64,000 nt of DNA, taken from contig OZ242351.1 in assembly GCA_965208675.1 (NCBI GenBank), positions 3,520,001-3,584,000 on the forward strand, in the 5' to 3' direction. Of this stretch, positions 1-9,552 are shown piece by piece. A program made the position numbers and the translations under genes. Under the pieces are notes generated by a model. It did not search any database and was not told where the DNA came from. It saw nothing but the letters and a program-made list of their open reading frames with translations. Source of the stretch: Candidatus Poribacteria bacterium (GTDB taxonomy: Bacteria > Poribacteria > WGA-4E > PCPOR2b). Every line of letters begins with the position of its first letter. The stretch's first letter is position 1.

Positions 1-2188
1 TGCGCGCCTTATTGAACGCCTTCTTTTGTGCGTCCGTCATTTCTTCGCGCGATAGTTTCGGATCCAAAATGTTCTCCTGCCGCACATACGGCGGATTGCC
101 GATGACGATATCGAACCCACGTCTGTCGTCGGAAAAGATTTCGACAAAGGCGATGTCCCACACAAACGGGAACGTTCGCGCGTCTGCGAGGGCGCCGTGG
201 GCTTGGACAAGCCGGTCACGGTCTATAGTCAAAGTCTCAATCTGTTTCCGCCGCTCTGCCGCTTCCAGTTCAAATTGGTGCGCGGTTCTCTCTTCAATAG
301 TGCCATCAAGCCGGATCTGTTGCGCTCTAGGTCCATTGATAAGCTCATGCAAATCGCCAATTTCCGTATTGATATCTTCGGCACGTGTATCTATAAGAAC
401 TTGGAAGAGGTTCTGTTCCTCTTGTTGTATTTCCTGTTCGGAATCGTAACGGCAGGTTCTGTCGTTGTTGAAGAACTTTAGCTTTTCGTTTTTGAGGCGG
501 GTGGTACGTGCTTTTAAGGATCTTGGTATTTCGCTGAAATCAGCGCGGATTTGGGCGAGGTTCATGCCGCCGATTTCTTGGACGAGGCTATCGCCGCATC
601 GTATGTTAAAGGAGAAGTGCGGGAGCAGCGGCTCGTTGCGCAATTGGAGTTCTGCACGGGGAATATCGGCGTCAATGATGAGCGCGAGCCAGAGGCGCAG
701 TTCCGCGACGTGGCACGCCCACTCCATCACGTCCACGCCGTAGAGGTTGCTTCCGACAATTGCCTTCTTGCGGTCGAAGCTGGATGCTTCCCGTCCAAGC
801 GCACGATTGGCTCTATCCCGCAGGTCGTCTAGGATTTGGAGCATCCCGACGAGGAAAGCGCCGGAACCGCAGGCGGGATCTACAATTACAATTTCGCTTA
901 GCCGCTCTCCAATCGGATTCCAAAGTTTTGCTTCGATGAGCCTCTGATCGGCGTCGGTTTTGTCGTCCGGGTCGAAGGCGAACACGGCTTGGTAAAGCGC
1001 CGGTTTGTGTTCCTCCCCCAAGTGATTCGCAAGGTTGTCCACCAGCGCCAGGCGGCACATCAGGTCAATCTCGGTGCGCGGGGTGTAGAAGATGCCGGCG
1101 TCGCCGCGTTCATCGGTTTCCGCAGAAACGTTGACGAGGCTTTCATAAACCTTTCCAATCATCTCAGGATCGATGGCGACCTCCTGATCGAGCGGGCTGT
1201 CTTCAGCGATAGTGAAGTTGTAGTTTTCAAGAAAATCGAAAATACGCACGAAGCGGGAATCAGAAATCTGGAAATGGTGCGACTCGTCGAGGGAGTTCTC
1301 GGTGAACAGACCGCCGTTGAGGTAGGGTGCGGACGCCAGCGCTTTCCGAATGTCGTCGGGAAACTGGCGGTGTCCGCCGTGGAATCTGTTGTTAAACGCC
1401 TCGAAGAATAGGACGTTGAGCCAGCTCTCGACGAACGAACCGTCCGGCTGGTTTGCGGAACGGTAGCTCTCCCAGAACGTCCGCAGAAAGCCGGTATCGC
1501 TGCCGAGCCAACGTTTGCGCTGGATGAAGTAAAGGAACATGCAGCGGTTGAGGAATTGCAGTGAGTAATCGTGCGCCCACTGACGGTCGTCCGTCTGATC
1601 TTTCAAGTCTTTCTGCAGATTGTCAAAGACGGTTTTGTAGGCTTCAAAGAATTGCTTGGTGACGGCTTCGACATCGAAAGCTGCTTCGTGGTGGGCCTGA
1701 ATGTCGAGGGGTTGAATGGTTTCGAGAATAGGACTGATGGATTCCAGATCGAGCATGGCAATCCGCTCGGATGCGGTGCGCAGTTTTTCGTAGGGGCTGA
1801 TTGTGATGCGGCGGAACAAGCGGCGTTTTTTGGCGTCCTTATCGTATTTGATATTGACGAAATGCCAGTGCGTCTGCTCGCGGTTGCTGAAGATGAACAG
1901 GGAATAGGGGTGGTTACCCAAGAGGCGAGAGATGATGGGGCGTTCCGCCGTCAGGAGCAGGCGGTCGGTATTGAGATGGACGTAAATGATATGAAAAGCG
2001 GCGTCCGTTCCGCCGCCGGCGAGAAGGATTGGATCGCTGGCGAGGGAGTCTCCGCCTTGATAGGAGAGCGGGGTGTTGCGATGGTCGTAGTTTAACTCGG
2101 ACCAGAACAGTTCTTTGAGGGGTTCGATGCCGTGGAAGTTCTTGAGGATTTCTAGGATTCTTTGGTGTTGTGTGAGATTGTTTGGCAT
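1..2188 (-). CDS. Eco57I-like (type IIG/IIL) restriction-modification enzyme / N6-adenine DNA methyltransferase, runs off the left edge
   Basis: Not in the ORF track because it has no stop in the window. Manual translation from ATG at 2188 gives MPNNLTQHQRILEILKNF..., AFDVEAVTKQFF, AGIFYTPRTEIDLMC, motif I IVDPACGSGAFLVGML and motif IV GFDIVIGNPPYVRQE (about 70-120). This is gamma-class motif order. Confidence 0.88.
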   Translation of the reverse strand, partial: MPNNLTQHQRILEILKNFHGIEPLKELFWSELNYDHRNTPLSYQGGDSLASDPILLAGGGTDAAFHIIYVHLNTDRLLLTAERPIISRLLGNHPYSLFIFSNREQTHWHFVNIKYDKDAKKRRLFRRITISPYEKLRTASERIAMLDLESISPILETIQPLDIQAHHEAAFDVEAVTKQFFEAYKTVFDNLQKDLKDQTDDRQWAHDYSLQFLNRCMFLYFIQRKRWLGSDTGFLRTFWESYRSANQPDGSFVESWLNVLFFEAFNNRFHGGHRQFPDDIRKALASAPYLNGGLFTENSLDESHHFQISDSRFVRIFDFLENYNFTIAEDSPLDQEVAIDPEMIGKVYESLVNVSAETDERGDAGIFYTPRTEIDLMCRLALVDNLANHLGEEHKPALYQAVFAFDPDDKTDADQRLIEAKLWNPIGERLSEIVIVDPACGSGAFLVGMLQILDDLRDRANRALGREASSFDRKKAIVGSNLYGVDVMEWACHVAELRLWLALIIDADIPRAELQLRNEPLLPHFSFNIRCGDSLVQEIGGMNLAQIRADFSEIPRSLKARTTRLKNEKLKFFNNDRTCRYDSEQEIQQEEQNLFQVLIDTRAEDINTEIGDLHELINGPRAQQIRLDGTIEERTAHQFELEAAERRKQIETLTIDRDRLVQAHGALADARTFPFVWDIAFVEIFSDDRRGFDIVIGNPPYVRQENILDPKLSREEMTDAQKKAFNKAR

Positions 2189-2220
2189 GGGGGTGCCTCT
2201 ATGTGAAATGGTCAGTTAGG

Positions 2221-2253
2221 AGAAACCGAGTTTTTTGGAAAAACTCGGTTTCT
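2221..2253. repeat. Palindromic REP-like hairpin
   Basis: AGAAACCGAGTTTTT-tgg-AAAAACTCGGTTTCT, a perfect 15-bp stem in intergenic DNA. Confidence 0.7.
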
Positions 2254-2268
2254 GAGTTTGGTTGCGTG

Positions 2269-2302
2269 TTATGAACCTCCTCCTCCTTGGTAAGGAGGGG
2301 GA
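2269..2302 (+). repeat. C-rich/G-rich palindromic repeat, copy 1 (related copies at 3588-3625, 8341-8371, 62160-62189)
   Basis: ttatgaacctcctcctccttggtaaggaggggga versus ttatgaacctccccctaacccctccttagtaaggagggga at 3588. Confidence 0.6.
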
Positions 2303-2431
2303 TGATTGGCGTGTAGTCTAGAGAAATCGAATGCTTCAAGAAATCTCGGTTGTTCTGTTTGAATTTCAGAAACTCATTCCCGTCGGTCGTCGCTTTTTTA
2401 TTATACCATTGCAGCTATGGGATTGTCATTA

Positions 2432-2606
2432 CCGAGGCAAGGATGCCTCTCCCACAGTCAAGTACAGGTTTCATTTGAGCAAAACAGGCTGTGGGAGGGA
2501 AATCCTTTTCCCAATATTCAGGTCAGAATGTCACTACAGTTGAAAATCGTGGCAGGGATGCCTCTCCCACAAGAGCAGCTTCTCCCACAGATAAGCCTTC
2601 TCACAG
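2432..2606. repeat. REP cluster left of (3' to) the RAYT gene
   Basis: GAGGCAaggaTGCCTCtcccaca (2434), TGTGGGAGGGAAAtcctTTTCCC (2490), GTGGCAgggaTGCCTCtcccaca (2549), followed by decayed ctcccaca units. Confidence 0.85.
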
Positions 2607-2613
2607 AAAACTT

Positions 2614-3105
2614 CTAATCTCCATTCAGGCTGCCTACTACCTCGAATTTACATCGCCAATAAGGGCAGTCTTTTGCTTTTTTGACTAAGCCTTGTCGAAC
2701 GGGGTTATGATAGCAGTAGCGAATAATTTCGTTCAGAGATTCGTCGCGTCGAATGCCGTGGTCATGAAATCCTTCCTTCCATACTGAACCGTGTTCACCT
2801 CGATTTTCGTTAATCTTCCTTGCTGTAAATGCCTTGAGGGAATGCATAATTTTTGGTAAGGTTTGGTTACGACCAAGTTGGATTACTGTGTGGATGTGGT
2901 CGGGCATGACCATGATACAGATCCACTTGATTCTACCATGGGTTTCTAACCATTCAAAAGTTTCAAAGATGATTTGTGCAACATCAGGATTCGAAAGAAT
3001 CGGTTTTCGGTCCAATGTAGAAGTAGTGAGGAGGTAATATGTTCCTGGTATTTCGTATCGTCCCTTCCGTAATTGATGGCTTCCTCGATTTGGAAAACGG
3101 TGCAC
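2614..3105 (-). CDS. rayT: REP-associated tyrosine transposase (RAYT, Y1 HUH family)
   Basis: YYLLTT, HUH motif MPDHIH, WKEGFHDHGIR, catalytic-Tyr region YCYHNPVRQGLV; flanked by REPs on both sides. Confidence 0.9.
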   Translation of the reverse strand: MHRFPNRGSHQLRKGRYEIPGTYYLLTTSTLDRKPILSNPDVAQIIFETFEWLETHGRIKWICIMVMPDHIHTVIQLGRNQTLPKIMHSLKAFTARKINENRGEHGSVWKEGFHDHGIRRDESLNEIIRYCYHNPVRQGLVKKAKDCPYWRCKFEVVGSLNGD

Positions 3106-3177
3106 GGGGTTTCCTTTTTATGGGACGGAGTTTATTCTGTCAACAAAATGAGGATAGGTTGGTTCCATTGTCGATTA

Positions 3178-3522
3178 TCGAGGCAGGGATGCCTCTCCCA
3201 CAGGTAAGCTCCCCTCACAAATAAGTACAGGTTTCATCCGTGCCAAATAGTCTGTGTGAGGGAAATCCTTTTCCCGATACTCTGGTTAGAAAGTCTCTAC
3301 TATTGACAATCGAGGCAAGGCTGCCTCTCCCACAGGTTTTTTGGTCGAGATGTGAAAGCTTCCTTGACTCTGTAGATACTGAGGCGGAAAGCCTGTGGGA
3401 GGGAAATCCTTTTCCCGATATTCTGGACAGAATGTCTCTAATACTGAAAATCGAGGCAGGGATGCCTCTCCCACAGGAACAGCCTCTCCCACAAAAACAA
3501 CCTTTCCCACAGGAGCAGCCTT
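3178..3522. repeat. REP cluster right of (5' to) the RAYT gene
   Basis: GAGGCA-N4-TGCCTCTCCCACA at about 3180, 3312 and 3453, alternating with (T)GTG(G/T)GAGGGAAATCCTTTTCCCGATA at about 3253 and 3395. Confidence 0.85.
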
Positions 3523-3587
3523 CCTTCAGATAGGTTTCTTACCCGCTTTCAAACTACTTGCTTTCTGCTAGCGGGCCTGCACCGGAT

Positions 3588-3625
3588 TATGAACCTCCCC
3601 TAACCCCTCCTTAGTAAGGAGGGGA
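3588..3625 (+). repeat. C-rich/G-rich palindromic repeat, copy 2
   Basis: CCCCTCCTT-agt-AAGGAGGGG stem; direct repeat of 2269-2302. Confidence 0.6.
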
Positions 3626-3785
3626 ATAATTCTATTCCCCCTTGGTAAAGATGAGCAAGGCGCAAGTAGCTAAATCGCCTTGCAAGCGTTCGGATTTTGG
3701 TGTATGCTGTCATCGGGTGGGTTGGGTGTTGCGTTTGCACGTACGGAACGGAAATTCTATCAAAAATGCATTAGGAGGTGCAACG

Positions 3786-4130
3786 ATGAGAATTCTGTTG
3801 GTGCTCGTATTGGCGCTTCTGAGTGCGTGCGGCGAGGAACATATCGAGATAATGACGCTGGCACCTTACGAGGTACCGTGTGTAGGGGCTTTTGAGCAGG
3901 ATTGTTACCTCGAATACAATTCGGACTCAGGGCGCTGGGAGTTTTTCTACGATGCGATTAGCGGCTTCGATTTTGAACCGGGATACTTTTATACGCTTGA
4001 AGTCAGATTGGAAGACATTGGCACCGAATACCAGGATGCCGGAAGATACGATTATCACCTTGTTAAGATACTAGATAAAAAGAAAGCGCCGGATGATTTC
4101 CACCACAAAAGAGGCGACAAGCCTGAATAG
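3786..4130 (+). CDS. DUF4377-like lipoprotein, paralog 1
   Basis: SD AGGAGG before ATG 3786; lipobox LSAC; C..C..WEFFYDAISGFDFEPGYFYTLEV pattern. Confidence 0.8.
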   Translation: MRILLVLVLALLSACGEEHIEIMTLAPYEVPCVGAFEQDCYLEYNSDSGRWEFFYDAISGFDFEPGYFYTLEVRLEDIGTEYQDAGRYDYHLVKILDKKKAPDDFHHKRGDKPE

Positions 4131-4182
4131 CAGAGGCTATGGAGAATTGAGCATCTGTAACAAACGGGATTCGGAGGAAAAA

Positions 4183-4524
4183 ATGAGATTGTTGTTGATG
4201 GCGGCGCTAGCGGTTTTATGCGCCTGCGGCGGGGATCATATTGAGACATTGACGTTGGGTCCCTACGAGGTGCGGTGTCAAGGATTTATTGAGCAGGACT
4301 GTTTTCTTGAGTACAACGCGGATTCAGGCCGTTGGGAATTTTTCTACGAATCGATTCAAGGATTTAATTTTGAACCGGGATACTTTTATACCCTCGAAGT
4401 TAGGTTAGAAGACCGCGGACCCATTCAGGACGCCGGGCGATATTCCTATCACCTCGTAAAGGTCATAGAAAAGAAGGAAGCGCCTGATGATTTCGATCAT
4501 CGGAGAGGCGACAAGCCGGCATAG
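4183..4524 (+). CDS. DUF4377-like lipoprotein, paralog 2
   Basis: SD GGAGG before ATG 4183; lipobox LCAC; WEFFYESIQGFNFEPGYFYTLEV; clearly a tandem duplicate of the previous gene. Confidence 0.8.
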   Translation: MRLLLMAALAVLCACGGDHIETLTLGPYEVRCQGFIEQDCFLEYNADSGRWEFFYESIQGFNFEPGYFYTLEVRLEDRGPIQDAGRYSYHLVKVIEKKEAPDDFDHRRGDKPA

Positions 4525-4625
4525 AGTACGGGCCGGAAAATAATCAGAGGGATACAAGAATGTTAGGTTTCTCCCAAGCCGGCACCGATTCCGATAAAGC
4601 GAACACTGCTCAATTACCAAAAAGC

Positions 4626-4673
4626 GTTGGGTTACGCTGCCTCTTGCGACATTTCTAACGCAATCAAACCTAC
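4626..4673 (-). repeat. Degenerate GTAG-type REP
   Basis: aaagcgttgggttacgct...aacctac; shares its flank and ends with the copy at 8176. Confidence 0.45.
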
Positions 4674-4700
4674 AAAACCCGATTTGAAGCCGCAGCGGCT

Positions 4701-5771
4701 ATGAGATACATCGGTTGCAAAAACAATCTACTGTCTTCTATTGAGGAGGTCGTGCGAACGCACTGTCCGCAGGATGGTGTTTTCTGTGATCTCTTTGCCG
4801 GCACGCATTCGGTCGCGGCGCATTTCAAGAGACTTGGATTTCAGATTATTTCCAACGATCTGCTCTACCTCGCTTATGTCTTCGGGCGCGCACTGATTCA
4901 GAACAGCCATACACCCGCTTTCAACAAATTAACGAAACTCCCTGCGGCTCACCCCTCAAATCTGTTTGACGGGATGGATACGTACACGGACGTATTGAAC
5001 TATTTGAACCGGCTTGAGGGAACCTCCGATGGTTTTATCTACAATACATATTGTCCGGGCGGGGAAAACCGATACAACCGGCAATACCTCTCTGACAGTA
5101 ACGGACAGAAGGTCGACGCAGTTAGGCAGCAGATTGAAGCGTGGCGGGGGGATGGGACAATCACCGAAGACGAGCATTATACCCTCCTACACTCGCTCCT
5201 GGAGGCGGTCTCGAAAGTGACCAACATCTCAGGGACTTACGGCGCGTATCTGAAAAGCTGGGACGCAAGAACCTACAAAGACCTAACGCTTGAACCGTTT
5301 TCACCGATTGCGTCGGACAAGGAACATGCCGTCTACCAAGAGGATGCAAACCAACTCGTTGAGCGGATTGGCTGCGACATTCTTTACATCGACCCTCCCT
5401 ACAATAGCCGCCAATACATTACGAACTATCATCTCCTCGAAACCGTTGCTCGCTATGACGCCCCATTCGTTTACGGCAAAACTGGAATGCGATCATATTC
5501 CGATGCGGAGAAATCGGCGTACTGCTCAAAGGGCGCGTGTCTGCCAGCGTTTGCGGCGTTAATCGCGCGAGCGCGAGCACAGCACATCGTCGTGAGTTAT
5601 AACAGCGAAGGCATTATGAGGGAGGCGGAGATACTTGAGGTTCTCGGCCAAAAAGGGGAGACCTCAAAACTGATTCCCATCAATTACCGCCGCTTCAAGA
5701 GCAACGCTAACGGCGCACACAAGAGTAAGAAAAACGTACAAGAGTATCTGTTCTATGTCCAATCGAAGTGA
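4701..5771 (+). CDS. DNA adenine methyltransferase (D12/FokI-NlaIII-like, alpha class)
   Basis: MRYIGCK, DLFAGT (motif I), YIDPPYNSRQY (motif IV), VSYNSEG. Confidence 0.9.
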   Translation: MRYIGCKNNLLSSIEEVVRTHCPQDGVFCDLFAGTHSVAAHFKRLGFQIISNDLLYLAYVFGRALIQNSHTPAFNKLTKLPAAHPSNLFDGMDTYTDVLNYLNRLEGTSDGFIYNTYCPGGENRYNRQYLSDSNGQKVDAVRQQIEAWRGDGTITEDEHYTLLHSLLEAVSKVTNISGTYGAYLKSWDARTYKDLTLEPFSPIASDKEHAVYQEDANQLVERIGCDILYIDPPYNSRQYITNYHLLETVARYDAPFVYGKTGMRSYSDAEKSAYCSKGACLPAFAALIARARAQHIVVSYNSEGIMREAEILEVLGQKGETSKLIPINYRRFKSNANGAHKSKKNVQEYLFYVQSK

Positions 5772-6705
5772 AACGGAAACACCAAGAGGAGTGCCGGATG
5801 CGCGCAACACGCTCAACAACTTAACCGGCAGAGAATGGGTCTATTTTTTGAATTCAATCGACTTGATTGAAGGAGAGCCTAACCTGCTCTCAGGTGAGTT
5901 CCTCAATGACCTGTCGGAGGAACAGTGGGCGGCGAATCAAGCGCCCATCATTGACACGTTCTACCCGACCTCCGGCGAAGCCGGGTATGCCCATAACATC
6001 CGCAAGCGGCATCCATCACCGAAACCGCCGCAACTCATGAAGCGGCTCATCGAATTCTTTACCAAACATGACGGTTGGGTGTTCGATCCGTTTGCGGGCG
6101 TCGGCGGCACGTTGTTGGGATGTTCGATGGCAGGGCGCCGGGGCGTAGGTGTGGAACTGTCCCAGTCGTATCTCGACCTATACCAGAACGCGTCCGAAAC
6201 GTTGAATTTAGAACCTCAGACGGTTTACCGCGGCGATTCGAGGCATCTTGAAGAGATTTTTAACGGCGAGGATTACCATTTCGATCTGATTCTGACCGAT
6301 CCGCCGTATGGGGATATGCTCTCAAGAAAGCGCACCGGCGAACGGAAGAAGAAAACCGGCGATGATTCACCTACACCTTTTACGGATGAAGCGGACGACC
6401 TCGGCAATATGCATCCCGATCAGTTTTACGACGCCTTGACATCCGTTATCGCACAATCCATGAAATATTTAAATGTCAAAGGATACGTTTTGGTCTTCTG
6501 TAAAGACCTCCAACCGACGGCTGAATACCACAACCTCATCCACGCCGATGTGGTCAATACATTGGCGCAGATACCGAATCTCCGGTTTCGCGGGTATAAA
6601 ATCTGGTACGACAAGTCGCTTAAACTCTATCCGTTCGGCTATCCCTACGCGTATGTGTCCAACCAACTACATCAGTTCATTTTGATTTTTCGGAAGGAAA
6701 AATAG
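5755..6705 (+). CDS. DNA methyltransferase, N4-cytosine/N6-adenine family
   Basis: HPSPKP, FDPFAGVGGT, GVEL, LTDPPY; overlaps the upstream MTase by 17 nt. Confidence 0.85.
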   Translation: MSNRSETETPRGVPDARNTLNNLTGREWVYFLNSIDLIEGEPNLLSGEFLNDLSEEQWAANQAPIIDTFYPTSGEAGYAHNIRKRHPSPKPPQLMKRLIEFFTKHDGWVFDPFAGVGGTLLGCSMAGRRGVGVELSQSYLDLYQNASETLNLEPQTVYRGDSRHLEEIFNGEDYHFDLILTDPPYGDMLSRKRTGERKKKTGDDSPTPFTDEADDLGNMHPDQFYDALTSVIAQSMKYLNVKGYVLVFCKDLQPTAEYHNLIHADVVNTLAQIPNLRFRGYKIWYDKSLKLYPFGYPYAYVSNQLHQFILIFRKEK

Positions 6706-6788
6706 GCGAGCGTGGAAATTCCCTGCGCCGGTCTTCTTTACCAAAGAATTCATGTAAATTTGTTCTACTAATTCCGGGGGGACGGACA

Positions 6789-7421
6789 GTGAGAAAATGG
6801 TATAATGCGGTTGTCATCTTGATGTTTGTTGTGGGTGTTGCGCTTATCGCCGGTTCCGTGATTTATTACCTTTGGGCGGTAGAGAGAATAGGGGACAAAA
6901 CCGGTTCGGGGGATGAACTTCTCCCAGCGCTGCCGACTCAAGGCAGGGATGATTTTCGCCAGCCGCCGCGGCAGTTTTCCGCCAAAGCGCAACAGCAACA
7001 GTCCGAGAAAGACGAAGGGGTAAATGAAGATGCCTTCGCGGGCGACTCTGATGAAAGCGTAACCTACGTTGGAACTGAAACCGAAGCGGCAACTACACAA
7101 GAAAACGACGCTCACGAACAGTCAACCAACGAAGCAGCACCCGACGCGGAAACTTCGAACGCACGCGAACTATACATCCAAGAACGTGGCCGTAAGGCGA
7201 TAGCAGAATTGCCGCAGATGATTAGTGAGTGGGAGCAGATGACGGAGGAATGGTCTTCATTATCTCGGACACTCCCGGCAGAAGAAAGGGATCGACTTCA
7301 CCAGAATCTGAAGGAGTTGGAAGACAAAATATTGCGTTCAGCTTTTGACTACATTGCCGCTACTGATGACGTGGATACACTAAATGCTGTTTTTGAAGGA
7401 ACAATATGGAGTTTTGATTGA
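6789..7421 (+). CDS. Hypothetical protein with N-terminal membrane anchor, acidic linker and helical C-terminus
   Basis: 210-aa ORF with an N-terminal hydrophobic helix; GGGGGA upstream of the GTG. Confidence 0.65.
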   Translation: MRKWYNAVVILMFVVGVALIAGSVIYYLWAVERIGDKTGSGDELLPALPTQGRDDFRQPPRQFSAKAQQQQSEKDEGVNEDAFAGDSDESVTYVGTETEAATTQENDAHEQSTNEAAPDAETSNARELYIQERGRKAIAELPQMISEWEQMTEEWSSLSRTLPAEERDRLHQNLKELEDKILRSAFDYIAATDDVDTLNAVFEGTIWSFD

Positions 7422-7623
7422 AGACTATCCAAGAACTAGGTTTTGGTGCGATTGATGATTATGTCTTTACTTGTCCCCAATGTTTAGACAGTTATGAACG
7501 AACATTAAGGTGTAAGTGCCAGTCAATTGGTGTTGGGGACGGTGTTGGTGTTTGGTAATCAATTGGGATGGGTGAGGTTTTTAAGACTGAAGACTATCGC
7601 CTTCGCTATTCGCTCAGTTGATC

Positions 7624-7725
7624 GTTGGGTTTCGCTACAGTCATCGAATTTTGCACGTGTTGAGGTTGACAGGGCGGTAAGTTTAAATGGACGGTTTTTG
7701 GAGGAATCCGCTCTACCCAACCTAC
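7624..7725 (-). repeat. GTAG-type REP split by about 70 bp of insert
   Basis: gttgggtttcgctac ... gctctacccaacctacaag; both halves match the intact copy at 8176. Confidence 0.55.
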
Positions 7726-7768
7726 AAGAGCTTCAAGCAGGATTAGCTCAATTTGCGGTGAAAAGGGG

Positions 7769-8065
7769 GTGACACTGGTGAATCTGAGGTATTGGACAGT
7801 ATATCTGTTCGCCGCAGCATTTTTGCTTGCAACCGTGAATTTCACTGGGTGCGGCATTTATCGCCGAGCCACTTCTGTATCGGGGTCGGCGGATGATACT
7901 GTTGTTGTAACGGGTACATCAGGGTATTATCATCGGCGGAGTTGCCGTGATGTCGGACTTGAAAATAAGGAGTTTTTTCTATCAGACGCGGTGCAAATTG
8001 ATTATAAACCGTGTCCGGCTTGCCGTCCGCCGCGTTTGAAAGCGGTTCAAGGCGCTGGAAATTAG
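7769..8065 (+). CDS. Small lipoprotein with an Ada-like Cys/His metal-binding motif
   Basis: Signal ending FTGC; TGTSGYYHRRSC...YKPCPACRP. Confidence 0.65.
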   Translation: MTLVNLRYWTVYLFAAAFLLATVNFTGCGIYRRATSVSGSADDTVVVTGTSGYYHRRSCRDVGLENKEFFLSDAVQIDYKPCPACRPPRLKAVQGAGN

Positions 8066-8175
8066 ATCGAGTTTAATTGTGTTTTGGTGTAGTGATAATC
8101 ATCATCTTGTTTGTTTCCTCAACTAAGGCGGTGAACTTTGGAATGATTAGCAATTTTTTGAGGCAACACAAAAGC

Positions 8176-8207
8176 GTTGGGTTTCGCTACGGCTCTACCC
8201 AACCTAC
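8176..8207 (-). repeat. GTAG-type REP
   Basis: Minus strand reads GTAG-GTTGGGT-agagccgtagcgaa-ACCCAAC: GTAG foot plus palindrome. Confidence 0.7.
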
Positions 8208-8499
8208 AAGAACTTAGCGGCGATTGCAATTTAGCCTTTCTGATGTTAAAATGTCCTGTCAATTTTTTGGAAAATGTAATGGCCAAAGTGATGACCACGG
8301 CCATTTCTTGGACTATCGGTTTATGCACGACCACAAAGTGCCCCCTCTAACACCCCATTGGCAAGGGGGAGAACTGAGTAGTTGTAACGGTGCGGTGCAA
8401 AAACCATCCTCTTGGAAAATATGGGTTTTTAAAAACTAGGTTTGAATCACAAGTCCTTAAGGTTCGGTAGGGTAGGACTTCATAAACGAAAGGAAAACT

Positions 8500-9261
8500 A
8501 TGCGGGTAAAAAATAAGGTTGCCATTATTACGGGAGGCGGTTCAGGGATTGGACGCGCCGCGTGTCAGCTCTTCGCCGAAGAGGGCGCGAAGGTGGTTGC
8601 CGCCGACATCAACCTTGACGGTGCGAACGAGACGGCAGAACTCGTTCGGGAAACCGGCGAGGCGGTGGCGGTTGAAGCGGACGTTTCCAAAGAGGCAGAT
8701 GCACAGAAGATTGCCGATGCGGCAGTCGAGGCTTTCGGAACCATCAACATCCTCGTCAACAACGCCGCCGCATTTATCTACGGTCGGGTTGAAGACGCGA
8801 CGGAAGCGGATTGGGATCGGATTTTGGCGGTCAATGTGAAGGGGCCCGCGTTTTGCGTTAAGGCGGCGCTGCCTGCGATGAAGGCGGCGGGCGTCGGTTC
8901 AATCGTCAATATCGGCTCGATCAGCTCTTTCATTGCGCAGCCCGATTATGTCCCCTACAACACCTCAAAATCGGCTGTGTTGAATTTCACGCGATGCCTT
9001 GCGATGGACCTTGCGCCCTTCAACATACGGGTTAACGCAATCTGTCCGGGTGTGACGCATACACCGGCGCTTGATCAGGCAATGGTGGATTTTAATTTTT
9101 CGCCTGAAGACGCGCAAAAAGAGTGGGGCGACCCGGCGCTTCTGAAGCGCGTTGCGCGCCCGCGAGAGATTGCGCACGGCATCCTGTTTCTCGCGTCCGA
9201 TGACGCTTCATTTGTGACGGGGACGCATCTTCTCGTGGACGGCGGATACACGGCACAATAG
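8500..9261 (+). CDS. Short-chain dehydrogenase/reductase (classical SDR)
   Basis: TGGGSGIG, NNAA, YNTSK, NIRVNAICPG, VDGG. Confidence 0.95.
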   Translation: MRVKNKVAIITGGGSGIGRAACQLFAEEGAKVVAADINLDGANETAELVRETGEAVAVEADVSKEADAQKIADAAVEAFGTINILVNNAAAFIYGRVEDATEADWDRILAVNVKGPAFCVKAALPAMKAAGVGSIVNIGSISSFIAQPDYVPYNTSKSAVLNFTRCLAMDLAPFNIRVNAICPGVTHTPALDQAMVDFNFSPEDAQKEWGDPALLKRVARPREIAHGILFLASDDASFVTGTHLLVDGGYTAQ

Positions 9262-9552
9262 AGACACTGGAAGAACTATGAATCTCTAACGAGATACGCT
9301 TGTCCGGGTGGACGACCACATGATTAGTGCACTCACAAACTTCCCGCCAAAACCGCCATTTCTTGTTACCAATCACTCATAAGATTTAAGCTCCTCGTCC
9401 ATGCTGATAACTGTGGGCGGGTAGAAGCGGAGCAACCTAACCGGCCTTTTCGCGCTCAGACCTGCCGCCCTCGGCACAGTTGACAGCTTAATCATCCCCA
9501 CCAAAAAAACCAGACGTAAAACGCACATCCGCAGCGATTTCCACTACCCGCT

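Noticed and set aside
12-2095. Several plus-strand ORFs of 90-174 aa
   Set aside because: They are antisense shadows of the minus-strand Eco57I-like gene, which has clear MTase motifs.
2417-3533. Repeats as a CRISPR array, and ORFs 2417-2617, 3240-3533 and 3286-3510
   Set aside because: The repeats alternate between two types in inverted orientation, the spacers resemble each other, and there are no cas genes. The ORFs are translations of REP DNA.
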